From an uncultured bacterium (lineage in GTDB: Bacteria; Acidobacteriota; HRBIN11; JAKEFK01): a stretch of DNA of 64,000 nt. The DNA is taken from positions 832,001 to 896,000 of the forward strand of contig CAVZQN010000004.1 of NCBI GenBank assembly GCA_963777505.1, in the 5' to 3' direction. The position numbers and the translations under genes are program-made. A model generated the notes under the pieces. The model was not told where the DNA came from. It saw nothing but the letters and a program-made list of their open reading frames with translations, and searched no databases. Below, piece after piece: positions 38,967 to 48,727 of this stretch (position 1 is the first letter of the stretch; the number at the start of each line of letters is the position of its first letter).

Positions 38967-40427
38967 TTATTTTTTTAGATCATCAGCAAAGATTGCGACG
39001 CGAAAGCCTGTGTCACTGAATCTGCGTGTAAATTCTTTCCGGGTTCGTGAAGAACTACGACAAAATGCTGCGGCACTTGAATAGGAACCGCCGCGAACAA
39101 CACGATATTGCGGATCGCCATGTGTTTCCCATACCGAAGCTCCTGATGGTGATCCTTTGTAGTTTGGATGCCATGGATCCATGCACCATTCTTGCACATT
39201 TCCATGCATATCAAGAAGGCCGAAACCATTAGCTGCATCCGTGCTTCCTGAATCAAATGTTTGTTGTCTTCGTACTCCCGAAAGAGTACGACCCCACGGA
39301 GAAGTGGCATCAAAATTCGCAATGGTGGGAGAAATTGTTTCGCCGAAATGGAATGGTGTGAGGGTTCCTGCGCGGCAAGCAAATTCCCATTCTCCTTCAC
39401 TTGGCAATCGATAAGGCCTGCCAGTACGAGCTGAAAGGCGATCGCAAAATTCGATCGCTTCTTCCCATGTTATTTGTTCAACAGGACGATCTTTTCCACG
39501 GAAAAATGAAGGCTCAGAATTGAGTTCGATCTTCACTTGCGGCCAATCAGCAACCTCAGCCCATTGGGCTTGTGTAATCTCGAGACGCGAAAGAAAAAAC
39601 GAAACAACTTGAACCTGTCCTTGCGGAGTTTCGGCTTGTGCAACTTCTTTAGCTTGCAGAAGCGGTAAACCAACACGCTGTAACTCTTTTACAACCTGAC
39701 TAAACTCTGTTTCCGAAGAACCCATCCAGAAATTCCCACTTGGAAGTTCAATCATTTCCAATGATTCATTGCTTCCTAAGTCTTCCCGAAATAATCTTCC
39801 TTCGCGCTGCATTCCTCCTTTCATTACACCGGAACTATCAATCGTCGCTACTGTGAATTGAAATGTTTCAAAGCGGGCAGACGGAACGATCGCACGATAG
39901 ATTAGAAAGGCAACAACGAATGTGAAAATTGTTAACAAAAGTGCGGCAGGCAAAATCCATTTTGTAGCGGATCGAATTTGCGCAATTGTTTGATTTCCAG
40001 GAATGACCCGCTGAGGCTCTATTCTTTGGCCGGTAAGAAGTGAGTGCACATTTTCAGCAAGACGCAAAAGATGTCTGTGCAACGGTGGAGTCAGCGCGTC
40101 CAACCAGTGCGGAACACTGATGAAATACTCCAGAGATTTTGACATTGGCACATCTTCGATGCGAAAGGGGATGATTGCGAGGCCTTTGTGAACGGCTCGC
40201 TCAACTTCACGCTTCACTTCGTACGAAGAATTCGCATGATTCGAAAAAACAAGAATGAAGATTCGTGCTTGATTGATTGCTTCAATGATCGCTTCACCAC
40301 GATCGATTCCAGGCAAAATGTCACGCGGTGCAATCCAACAGCGGATACCATTTGCTTCCAGCGTTGCACAGGCTGCATCACCGACTGGCTTGTCAGGCGC
40401 GGCGTATGAAATGAAAACGTCATGCAT
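38967..40427 (-). CDS. TIR - TM - FGE-sulfatase (C-type lectin fold) domain protein
   Basis: DVFISY, CWIAPRDI.PG, S..V.REVERA; TM WILPAALLLTIFTFVVAFLIY; F.MGS, RLPSEGEWE, GNV.EW, RGGS, GFRV. Confidence 0.88.
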   Translation of the reverse strand: MHDVFISYAAPDKPVGDAACATLEANGIRCWIAPRDILPGIDRGEAIIEAINQARIFILVFSNHANSSYEVKREVERAVHKGLAIIPFRIEDVPMSKSLEYFISVPHWLDALTPPLHRHLLRLAENVHSLLTGQRIEPQRVIPGNQTIAQIRSATKWILPAALLLTIFTFVVAFLIYRAIVPSARFETFQFTVATIDSSGVMKGGMQREGRLFREDLGSNESLEMIELPSGNFWMGSSETEFSQVVKELQRVGLPLLQAKEVAQAETPQGQVQVVSFFLSRLEITQAQWAEVADWPQVKIELNSEPSFFRGKDRPVEQITWEEAIEFCDRLSARTGRPYRLPSEGEWEFACRAGTLTPFHFGETISPTIANFDATSPWGRTLSGVRRQQTFDSGSTDAANGFGLLDMHGNVQEWCMDPWHPNYKGSPSGASVWETHGDPQYRVVRGGSYSSAAAFCRSSSRTRKEFTRRFSDTGFRVAIFADDLKK

Positions 40428-40440
40428 AATTAGATTGAAC

Positions 40441-40546
40441 GGAGCGCAGGCTTCCAGCCTGCATTACGGGCCGCGGACTTCCAGTCCGCCAATTCCGCAG
40501 GCAAGATGCCTGCGGCCCATAATGCGGGCAAAGATGCCCGCGCTCC
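40441..40546. repeat. Nested REP doublets (GGAGCGC.../GGGCCGC... family)
   Basis: GGAGCGCAGGCTTCCAGCCTGC [GGGCCGCGGACTTCCAGTCCGC...GCAGGCAAGATGCCTGCGGCCC] GCGGGCAAAGATGCCCGCGCTCC. Confidence 0.78.
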
Positions 40547-40554
40547 GTATAAGC

Positions 40555-41943
40555 TCAGAAAATTTTCTTGAATTTGTCTTTTAACTTTCGGAAAAGATTT
40601 TTGCTTTCTTTTTCTGCTAACTGTTTCAACTTTTTCTCTGTCCAGGATTTCATACCAGGATCCAATTTTCCGCAGCGATCAAAATCATTTTTTGCTAATG
40701 GCAAATTTCCCTGGGACAGATAAATTGCTCCGCGATTACAATATGGCTCGGCAAAATTGGGTTCGAGCTTGATCGCCAATGTATAGTCCGTAACCGCTTG
40801 TGTAATATTTTTTAACTCCTGGTTTGACACCCCGCGAGAATTTGCCGCTTTCGCATGCTTCGGGTTTAATCGCAGCGCTTGCGTGAAATCGGAAACAGCA
40901 TCTCTATGTTTATCCAGGCTCTGATTGGTTAAGCCACGCTGATAAAATACCTCCGCCTGATTTGGATCGTATCGCAGTGCCTCGTTTAAGTCTTTTAATG
41001 CGAGCGCTTCGTTCCCTTGCTTCTTATATACCTGTGCGCGATCGCTGTAGGCTGCTGCAAAATCCGGTTTCAATCCAATTGCTTTACTAAAATCCACAAT
41101 GGCTTGATCGTAATTGCCTGAAATGCTGTAAGCCTGACCGCGATGATGATACGCTTCGGCATTTTGAGGATCCAACTGCAGTACTTTGTTGTAATCGATG
41201 ATCGCATTGGGATAGCGATCGAGTTTGTAATACGCTTGACCGCGGTAATGATAAGCATCTTCGAAATTCGGATCCTGTTGAATTGCTTTGTCAAATGATT
41301 CAATCGCTTTATCGTATTTTCCTTCCTCAAATTCTCTGACGCCTTGCGAGTAATATGGATTCTCTTGAGGTTTCGGGCGTTCAACAACTCCTTTGCTTCG
41401 CAGCAGATTCATCACATAAGGCAAACCTTTGATCAAACCGAATGTAGCAGTGAAGGCAATGAAGAGCGTGAGTATGACACTAGCAGCAATTGCTTTGCCG
41501 CTAAATTTCTTGCTTCCGAAAAGTTTTGGTTGTGATGTGCCGCGATTCAAGAGTTGCGATACTGTGTCTCCTAACAACTCAAGATGGCTTTCCTGGGGTC
41601 CCGAATATGCATCGAGATATTGCAAAGAGCCGATGTAATATTCGAGAGCCTTATCCGCAACTACATTTTGAACGCGATAAGGAAGGACCGTTACGCCTTT
41701 GTTGATTGCACGTTCTACTTCACGATGAATTTGACGCGATGCATTCGCGTGTGTAGACATTACGAGAACCATCACCGATGCTTCATTGATGGCTTCGATA
41801 ATTGCAGCGCTCCAATCTGCGCCAGGTGTGATATTGCGAGGAGCTATCCAGCAATTGATCCCGCGAGCTTCCAGAGTGACACAGATTGCGTCTGCAGCCG
41901 CGCGATCGACAGACGAATAGCTTATAAATACTTCGTGAGCCAT
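40555..41943 (-). CDS. TIR - TM - TPR protein
   Basis: EVFISYS, CWIAPRNI.PG.DW, S..I.REVERA; TM AIAASVILTLFIAFTATFGLI; about seven 34-aa TPRs. Confidence 0.88.
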   Translation of the reverse strand: MAHEVFISYSSVDRAAADAICVTLEARGINCWIAPRNITPGADWSAAIIEAINEASVMVLVMSTHANASRQIHREVERAINKGVTVLPYRVQNVVADKALEYYIGSLQYLDAYSGPQESHLELLGDTVSQLLNRGTSQPKLFGSKKFSGKAIAASVILTLFIAFTATFGLIKGLPYVMNLLRSKGVVERPKPQENPYYSQGVREFEEGKYDKAIESFDKAIQQDPNFEDAYHYRGQAYYKLDRYPNAIIDYNKVLQLDPQNAEAYHHRGQAYSISGNYDQAIVDFSKAIGLKPDFAAAYSDRAQVYKKQGNEALALKDLNEALRYDPNQAEVFYQRGLTNQSLDKHRDAVSDFTQALRLNPKHAKAANSRGVSNQELKNITQAVTDYTLAIKLEPNFAEPYCNRGAIYLSQGNLPLAKNDFDRCGKLDPGMKSWTEKKLKQLAEKESKNLFRKLKDKFKKIF

Positions 41944-42005
41944 ACCCCTATCTGTCCATTCTAAGTATTACACAAGTTAACCGCAGAGACGCCGAGCCCA
42001 CAGAG

Positions 42006-43400
42006 TCATTTAATCTTGCGCGGTTCGGTTAGATTCGCAGGATCGAACAGCGTGGCGAATTCTTCATCGCTAAGAAGTTTGCGTTCCTTCACAATTTCTT
42101 TGATTGATTTCCCCGTTTGTTGTGATTCTTTGACAACTTCTGCAGCTTTCAGATACCCAATAAAAGGGTTGAGTACTGTTGCTAGACCCAATGTTCGGTC
42201 TGCATACCGATTGCAGGCTTCAGCGTTAGCCGTAATCCCTGTAACGCATTTTTCGGTAAATGCGCAAATACCGTTTGTAAGAATCGTCATCGATTCAAAC
42301 AGATTATGTGCAATAACAGGCATCATCACATTCAATTCAAGCTGTCCTGCTTGTGCAGCCATCATTATCGTTGTGTCATTTCCAATCACATGAAATGAAA
42401 TCATGTTCAACATTTCAGCCATTACAGGATTTACTTTGCCTGGCATAATCGATGATCCTGGCTGCACTGCCGGTAACGTAATTTCATCTAACCCAGTATT
42501 CGGTCCTGATGCGAGCAATCGAAAATCATTTGCGATTCGCGTCAGCTCGATTGCAAGGTTGCGGAGCGACGCCGATAATTCTGTAAATGAAGACATGCTT
42601 TGCATTGCTTCAAACATGTTTTCGGCAGGACGCAAGTTGAAGCCTGTGAGTCCACTCAAGTAGGAAACAATTACGCCACGATAATCCGGATGCGTATTTA
42701 CGCCGGTTCCTACTGCGCTTCCTCCGATGCCAAGTTCTTCCAATGAAAGCTCCGAATGAATAATCTGAAAACGCATTTTTTGGATGGCGCGCGCATAGCC
42801 GCTAAATTCCTGTCCTAATCGTATCGGTACCGCATCTTGCAAATGAGTTCGGCCTGATTTCAAGACTGGATCAAATTCTTGTGCTTTTTCGCCAAGTGCA
42901 TTCTCAAGCTTTTCAAGCTGATTGAATAGACCCGGCAGAAGCGCTAACGCTGCTAAACGCATGGAGGTTGGAATGACATCATTCGTAGATTGCCCCATAT
43001 TTACATGATCGTTCGGACTGATGAGTTGATGATCACCTTTCTTTCCACCTAAAACTTCAGCCGCGCGATTTGCGATCACTTCATTGACATTCATGTGAAA
43101 CGATGTGCCGGCGCCGGCTTGAAAAACATCAACGACAAAGTTGTCGTTGTATTCCCCAGCCGCAACCTGCGTAGCAACATCTATGATTGCTTTTGCTTTA
43201 TGCTCATCAAGATAACCAAGCTGCATATTTGTTTTTGCAGCAGCTACCTTAATTAGAGCCGCTGCACGGATCAGCTCTGGATGTGCTTTTTGCCGGCTGA
43301 TTGGAAAATTGCGGACGGCACGCGCAGTCTGCACGCCATAATATGCCTCCTCCGGAACTTCCATCGTGCCTAGTGAATCCTTTTCTACCCTCGTTCCCAT
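42006..43400 (-). CDS. aspA: Aspartate ammonia-lyase / class II fumarase
   Basis: YYGVQT.RA, GAGTS..MN.NEV, GRTHLQDA, GSSIMPGKVNP, GQLELNV; GGAGGAG RBS. fumC is not excluded. Confidence 0.8.
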   Translation of the reverse strand: MGTRVEKDSLGTMEVPEEAYYGVQTARAVRNFPISRQKAHPELIRAAALIKVAAAKTNMQLGYLDEHKAKAIIDVATQVAAGEYNDNFVVDVFQAGAGTSFHMNVNEVIANRAAEVLGGKKGDHQLISPNDHVNMGQSTNDVIPTSMRLAALALLPGLFNQLEKLENALGEKAQEFDPVLKSGRTHLQDAVPIRLGQEFSGYARAIQKMRFQIIHSELSLEELGIGGSAVGTGVNTHPDYRGVIVSYLSGLTGFNLRPAENMFEAMQSMSSFTELSASLRNLAIELTRIANDFRLLASGPNTGLDEITLPAVQPGSSIMPGKVNPVMAEMLNMISFHVIGNDTTIMMAAQAGQLELNVMMPVIAHNLFESMTILTNGICAFTEKCVTGITANAEACNRYADRTLGLATVLNPFIGYLKAAEVVKESQQTGKSIKEIVKERKLLSDEEFATLFDPANLTEPRKIK

Positions 43401-43472
43401 GACTCCTCCATACGGTATGTGTGAAACATACAACATGTATTATAAAATCCATTAACCACAAAGGCGCAAAGT

Positions 43473-44540
43473 ATGAAAGCGATTGTTTTGCAAGAGATTG
43501 GAGATATAGTCCTCCAGGAATTTGATCCTCCTCGGATAGAAGACTCCGGCGATGCGCTTGTTCGCGTAACCACTTCCGGAATTTGTGGTTCTGATCTTCA
43601 TATTATTCATGGCCGCGATCCTGGAATTCGGATGGGCACAATCATGGGTCATGAGTTTGTTGGCGTGATTCAGGAATGTGGAAGCTCAGTTGCGAATCTG
43701 AAATCCGGAGATCGAGTCGTTTCGCCTTTTACTGTTAACTGCGGAGTTTGTTTTTATTGCAAACACGATTTTCCGGCACGATGTGTGCGCTCAATCGGTT
43801 TTGGTTTTATTAGCGAAGATGGTTCAGGCTTGCACGGTGCTCAAGCTGAACTCGTTCGAGTTCCGATGGCTTCAACTACCTTGATGAAAATCCCGGACCA
43901 AAAAGAAAATGGTACGCCTTTAAAAGATGAAGATGTTTTGTTTCTTGGCGATATTTTTTCTACTGCCTATTCAACTGCTGAAGGAGCAAAGATTAACAAA
44001 GGTGATACGGTGATCGTTCTCGGCTGCGGTCCGGTTGGACTTTTAGGCATTCTTTCCGCAAAGTTATTTGAACCAGCCCATATTGTAGCGGTGGATTCGG
44101 TGGAGTACAGACTTGAGAAAGCCCGCAGCTTTGGTGCAATTACTGTGAATCCAGACCAAAAGGAAATTGCAAAAGTCTTAGCTGAGTTAACTGAAGGCCG
44201 TGGTGCAGATGCTGCGATCGAAGCAGTAGGAAATCCATCTGCGCTGGATCTTGCAATTCAAGCCGTACGTCCGGGTGCTGTAGTTTCCATTGCAGGCTAC
44301 CACACAGAAAATGTTTATGAGTTGCCGATCCAACTCGCTTATAAAAAGAACCTGACTATCAGAATCGGCCGCTGTAATGCGGGTAAATACATGCGTCAGC
44401 TCTTGCCTTTTGTTCTGCAGAATAAGGTCCCGATCACAGACATCATCACGCATGTACTTCCACTCAATGATGGAATCCGCGGTTACGATATCTTTACCAA
44501 ACGGCATGAAAATGCAATTAAAGTTTTATTGAAGCCGTGA
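43473..44540 (+). CDS. Zinc-dependent alcohol dehydrogenase (formaldehyde-dehydrogenase-like)
   Basis: CGSDLH, GHE, CG.C..C...C, G.QAE and GCGPVG motifs. Confidence 0.9.
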   Translation: MKAIVLQEIGDIVLQEFDPPRIEDSGDALVRVTTSGICGSDLHIIHGRDPGIRMGTIMGHEFVGVIQECGSSVANLKSGDRVVSPFTVNCGVCFYCKHDFPARCVRSIGFGFISEDGSGLHGAQAELVRVPMASTTLMKIPDQKENGTPLKDEDVLFLGDIFSTAYSTAEGAKINKGDTVIVLGCGPVGLLGILSAKLFEPAHIVAVDSVEYRLEKARSFGAITVNPDQKEIAKVLAELTEGRGADAAIEAVGNPSALDLAIQAVRPGAVVSIAGYHTENVYELPIQLAYKKNLTIRIGRCNAGKYMRQLLPFVLQNKVPITDIITHVLPLNDGIRGYDIFTKRHENAIKVLLKP

Positions 44541-45163
44541 CGAACAAAATTAATCACTCCTTGCGCGAAGAACTCATTGAAATGATTCAGCACGATGAAT
44601 CGATACGCGAAGAACTTGCGCAAACCGGTGAGCTGTTTGTTGGATATCATCCCAAAATGGCGGAAGTTCATCGTCAAAATGCGAAACGCCTTGACGAAAT
44701 TGTTGCACGTCATGGCTGGCCTGATGAATGCGCTGTTGGTAAAGACGGATCGGAAGCCGCATGGCTGATTGTTCAACATGCGATCGATCAACCAGATTTT
44801 CAAAGACGAATGTTTATCTATTTGCAGAACGCAGCAGAGCAAGGACGCGCCGAAGCATCGCAACCGGCATTTTTAGAAGATCGCATCCGCTCATTGGAAG
44901 GGCGTCCACAAAAATATGGGACGCAATTTGATTGGGATGAATCGGGTGAAATGAGCCCCTATCCTGAAATCGAAGACCCCGCGAATGTGAATGAACTTCG
45001 TGCATCGGTAGGACTTCCAACAATTGAAGAAGCAATTCGAGAGATGCGCGAAAGCATGAAAAGAGTACTGAACCAAAGCCACTCGACATTACGAAACGAA
45101 GAAAGGAAATGGAAGAATGGGCAAGCTCCGTTGGATGGCGCAAGAATAGAGAATAGAGGATAG
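44537..45163 (+). CDS. DUF6624-like protein (C-terminus probably frameshifted at ~45060)
   Basis: GWP....VG..G..AAWLIVQHA, LEDR....GRPQ.YGTQ, R..VGL; the shifted frame gives EMEEWASSVGWR. Confidence 0.75.
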   Translation: MTNKINHSLREELIEMIQHDESIREELAQTGELFVGYHPKMAEVHRQNAKRLDEIVARHGWPDECAVGKDGSEAAWLIVQHAIDQPDFQRRMFIYLQNAAEQGRAEASQPAFLEDRIRSLEGRPQKYGTQFDWDESGEMSPYPEIEDPANVNELRASVGLPTIEEAIREMRESMKRVLNQSHSTLRNEERKWKNGQAPLDGARIENRG

Positions 45164-45210
45164 AAGATAGAGGATAGAGTCAGCTCCTCATCGCTCTATC
45201 TTCTATCCTC
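45144..45210. repeat. Heptamer tandem/inverted repeat (GRATAGA)n between convergent genes
   Basis: GAATAGA GAATAGA GGATAGA AGATAGA GGATAGA ... CTCTATCTTCTATCCTC. Confidence 0.75.
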
Positions 45211-46555
45211 CTCCTATACTTGATAGAGCACGATAACAAATACCAAGAATAGAAGCAGCAAGAACGACTTTTGTCATGCTGAACTTAAATCGCAAGAGAG
45301 CGACAAAACTTGCGACACTTACAGCGAGCACAAAAAAATCGATTCCACCGGTTTTCGGAAAGAGGGCATGCAAAGCAAACCAGACTGCCAAATTTAAGAT
45401 CACTCCAACAACAGCTGCAGTGATTGTAGACAACGAGGAATTGATTAATGTGTTTCCGCGCAGCAGCTCTACGTACGGCGCACCAAGAAAAATCCATAAG
45501 AAGCAGGGCAGGAAAGTTACCCAGCTGGAAATGAATGCACCGATTGACGCAGCAACCAGTGGACTCATGCTGTCAGATTGATTCCAACCACCCATGAACC
45601 CGACGAATTGAACAACCATAATCAGTGGCCCAGGTGTTGTTTCGGCGAGTCCTAATCCATCCATCATTTGTCCTGCAGTAAGCCAGTGGTACTGCTCTAC
45701 AGCTTGCTGTGAAACATATGGAAGCACAGCGTAAGCTCCACCAAATGTAACCATGGCTGCTTTGCTGAAAAACAATCCTTCTTTAAAGACCGTACTATTC
45801 CACCCCAGCATCGCGCCCGATAACAATACAGGGGTCCACCAGAGTGCAAGACATACGAACAAAATTTTCATAGAACGTAAAAGCGAAGGGCGGGTGTGTT
45901 CAGGTGATTGGGTATGATCATCAATGACGGAATGATTTTCCGTGGAAGCTTTTGTATGGTTCTGAATGATTAGAAATTTCGCCGGTCGAAGTTTTCCGCC
46001 GATAAGCCCGATCAAGCCAGCGGCCAGGATAATGATAGGGAACGGAACTTTGAAAAAGAAAATTGCTACAAAAGCCAAAGCAGCAATGCTCCACATCAGT
46101 TCATTCTTTAATGCTTTGCTACCGATCCGAACAACTGCAACTGCAACAATTGCAATCACAGCGCCTTTCAATCCATAAAAAATTGAGGCAATCCAATAAA
46201 CATTTCCATACGCCGCATAAACATAACTCAGCGTCCATAGAATAAGCATGGAAGGAATAACAAAAAATGCTCCGGCCACGATACCGCCAATCGTTTTGTG
46301 AAGCAGCCATCCTATATAAATGGCAAGTTGCTGTGCTTCTGGGCCAGGCAGCAGCATGCAGTAATTCAGAGCGTGAAGAAAGCGTGAATCGCTGATCCAC
46401 TTTTGTTTTTCAACAAGTTCAGAATGCATGATTGCAATCTGTCCGGTGGGGCCACCAAAACTAATAAAGCCAAGCTTTAACCAGAAGCGGAATGCTTCCC
46501 AGAAATTGACACTGCGGGGTATTGATGGAGGTGGATCCTCAACTGTTGATGACAT
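45203..46555 (-). CDS. chrA: Chromate efflux transporter
   Basis: SFGGP.GQ, LPGPEA, TFGGAY and TPGP duplicated CHR motifs. Confidence 0.92.
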   Translation of the reverse strand: MSSTVEDPPPSIPRSVNFWEAFRFWLKLGFISFGGPTGQIAIMHSELVEKQKWISDSRFLHALNYCMLLPGPEAQQLAIYIGWLLHKTIGGIVAGAFFVIPSMLILWTLSYVYAAYGNVYWIASIFYGLKGAVIAIVAVAVVRIGSKALKNELMWSIAALAFVAIFFFKVPFPIIILAAGLIGLIGGKLRPAKFLIIQNHTKASTENHSVIDDHTQSPEHTRPSLLRSMKILFVCLALWWTPVLLSGAMLGWNSTVFKEGLFFSKAAMVTFGGAYAVLPYVSQQAVEQYHWLTAGQMMDGLGLAETTPGPLIMVVQFVGFMGGWNQSDSMSPLVAASIGAFISSWVTFLPCFLWIFLGAPYVELLRGNTLINSSLSTITAAVVGVILNLAVWFALHALFPKTGGIDFFVLAVSVASFVALLRFKFSMTKVVLAASILGICYRALSSIGGG

Positions 46556-47540
46556 CGCAGAAAAAACCGATCCCTTGTTGTATCGCGCGCCGATAGACAA
46601 TTGCAGCTGCTGCTACATCCTGAAGTGCGGTACCGGTGGAGTCAAAGATAAAAATATCATCCTTAGAAGTCCGGCCCGGCTTAATCTGAGAAACGACTTC
46701 ACCAAGGTCAGCATGCACATCTTCAATTTTCATTGTGCCGGCAGAGATTGCATGATGCAAATCGCCGATTTTCGCACATTGATCACGGATGTCGGTTACA
46801 ACTTTGCTTGAAGCAAGTAATGAAGGTTCAAGTTCTTGTTTGTCATGACTGTCAGCGCCCACACCCGCTACAAAAGTTCCCGGACGAATGTGTTCGCTTG
46901 TAATCAAAAATTTTTTTGAAGTTGTGCAGGTCACGATTGCATCACTGCTTCTCGTTGCTTCTGCGATTTCCGGAACCGCTATCACTGGAATTCCGAGTTC
47001 CATAGTCATTGCCTGAGAAAATTCTTTTGCAAGCTGCTGATCCTGATCGAAAGCAAAAGCGCGATTGATTGGAAGTGAATGTTTTAGAGCAGCAAGCTGA
47101 ATTCTTCCTTGTCTGCCGCAACCAATAATTCCAGCGGTTGTTGAATCGGAACGGGCCAAATATTTTGCCGCTACAGCAGTTGCTGCGCCTGTGCGTTGAA
47201 CTGTAATCTCAATCGAATCAAGAAACGCAAGTGGAAATCCACGGATTCCATCGGATAGCAGAATTGCTCCTTGAATCGTTGGAAGTGCAAATCGTGTTTT
47301 GTTTTGAGGAAAATTGCCATTGATTTTTACTGCGACGTAAATCTCATCATCATATGGCATCGATGCAGCTTTTATATGGAACATTCCGCCCTGACCGGTG
47401 ACATCAAGAACACCAGGTTGCGGAAGTTTGCCTTCAGCGTACAGCCGAAACGCTTCTTCAACTGCCTCAACATAATCACCGAATGACATAAGCTTCTGAA
47501 TATCAGAACGCTTTAGAATCAGAGTACCGCGGTAGCTCAT
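46539..47540 (-). CDS. Ornithine cyclodeaminase / mu-crystallin family protein
   Basis: T..RTGA, GCG.QG, GAD...KQE and FDSTG.A.QD motifs. Confidence 0.88.
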   Translation of the reverse strand: MSYRGTLILKRSDIQKLMSFGDYVEAVEEAFRLYAEGKLPQPGVLDVTGQGGMFHIKAASMPYDDEIYVAVKINGNFPQNKTRFALPTIQGAILLSDGIRGFPLAFLDSIEITVQRTGAATAVAAKYLARSDSTTAGIIGCGRQGRIQLAALKHSLPINRAFAFDQDQQLAKEFSQAMTMELGIPVIAVPEIAEATRSSDAIVTCTTSKKFLITSEHIRPGTFVAGVGADSHDKQELEPSLLASSKVVTDIRDQCAKIGDLHHAISAGTMKIEDVHADLGEVVSQIKPGRTSKDDIFIFDSTGTALQDVAAAAIVYRRAIQQGIGFFCDVINS

Positions 47541-47548
47541 GTTGATTC

Positions 47549-48688
47549 CTAGCCACAAAAAAGGCGGATGAATTCGATGATTGCATTGCGACATGCAATG
47601 ACTTCATTGATCCATACATATTCTTCGATGCTATGTAATCCAGCGCCGCCGGGTCCAAAGACGACGGATGGGATACCGGCTTTTCCCAAAATTGCGCCAT
47701 CGGTCCAAAAGGACATTCCATTGCGAGTGGTATTTTTTCCGATTTTTTTCATCGAAGCTTCAAGAAGGTCAGGCACGTTGCTATCAGACGGCAATTCATA
47801 GGATGGTTGTCCAAAAAGATACTTTGCTTCCGCTTCAAATTCAGGATCGCCATTGGACAAATTATTTAAGATCGATTGAATTTCATGAAGTGCTGTTTGG
47901 TTTGCTTCACCTGGAATCAAACGGCGTTCGACTTGAAGCGTGCATAAATCTGGATATGTGCTGAGTTCGCGTCCACCTTGAATTAGCGACGCGTGTAAAG
48001 ATGGATGTTCAACAAGTGGATGCGGATCGCGCGCAGCAAGTTGCTTTTCTAATTGTTCAAGCCCTGAAAGAACGCGTCCCATGCGAAGGATTGCATCGCG
48101 TCCATCGCGCGGACGGCTTCCATGCGCTGCGACACCGCGCGTTGTCACCTCAACCCAGGAAAAACCTTTGTGCGCAATTCCGATCTGAAGATCTGTTGGT
48201 TCCAATACGATTGCTGCATCCGCTTTCCATTTTTGCACCAACGACTCAGCTCCAATACTTGCATATTCTTCATCAGCTACTGCTGCAATGATCAATTCGC
48301 CTGAAGGCAGACCGCCACGCAAAGCATAGGAACGTGCCGCAGAGATCATCGCCGCAACTCCGCCTTTCATGTCTTGCGAACCGCGGCCATACATTCGATC
48401 ATCCCGTTCAACAGGATCAAATGGCGCTTTCATTCCGATTACGCCAACAGTATCCAGGTGTCCACACAACATCAGCGATGCGCCTTTGTTTTTGCCTTTC
48501 AATACGCCAACAACATTTGGACGTCCAGGCGCTGCTTCACTGACTTCAACATCGAGTCCATAGTTGCGCATCTCCCGCGCAACAAATTCAGCAATCTGCT
48601 TTTCTCCAGCAGCACCAGGAACCAGTGAAGGATTCACAGAATCAATGGCAATTAAGTCACGTAAGAGTTCAATCGAATCATCTTTCAT
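47549..48688 (-). CDS. ArgE/DapE family M20 deacylase
   Basis: GHLDTV, GRG..DMKG, DEE, EPT, AHGS and H...E motifs. Confidence 0.9.
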   Translation of the reverse strand: MKDDSIELLRDLIAIDSVNPSLVPGAAGEKQIAEFVAREMRNYGLDVEVSEAAPGRPNVVGVLKGKNKGASLMLCGHLDTVGVIGMKAPFDPVERDDRMYGRGSQDMKGGVAAMISAARSYALRGGLPSGELIIAAVADEEYASIGAESLVQKWKADAAIVLEPTDLQIGIAHKGFSWVEVTTRGVAAHGSRPRDGRDAILRMGRVLSGLEQLEKQLAARDPHPLVEHPSLHASLIQGGRELSTYPDLCTLQVERRLIPGEANQTALHEIQSILNNLSNGDPEFEAEAKYLFGQPSYELPSDSNVPDLLEASMKKIGKNTTRNGMSFWTDGAILGKAGIPSVVFGPGGAGLHSIEEYVWINEVIACRNAIIEFIRLFCG

Positions 48689-48727
48689 AAACTTCCTGCT
48701 GTAGTCTGCACCGCAGAGGCACAAAGA

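Noticed and set aside
38967-39110. FGE/C-lectin C-terminus as a diversity-generating retroelement target
   Set aside because: No template repeat or reverse transcriptase was seen in the window; a remote DGR cannot be excluded.
38967-39800. FGE domain as a sulfatase maturase
   Set aside because: It lacks the catalytic Cys pair after RGGS and is fused to TIR-TM.
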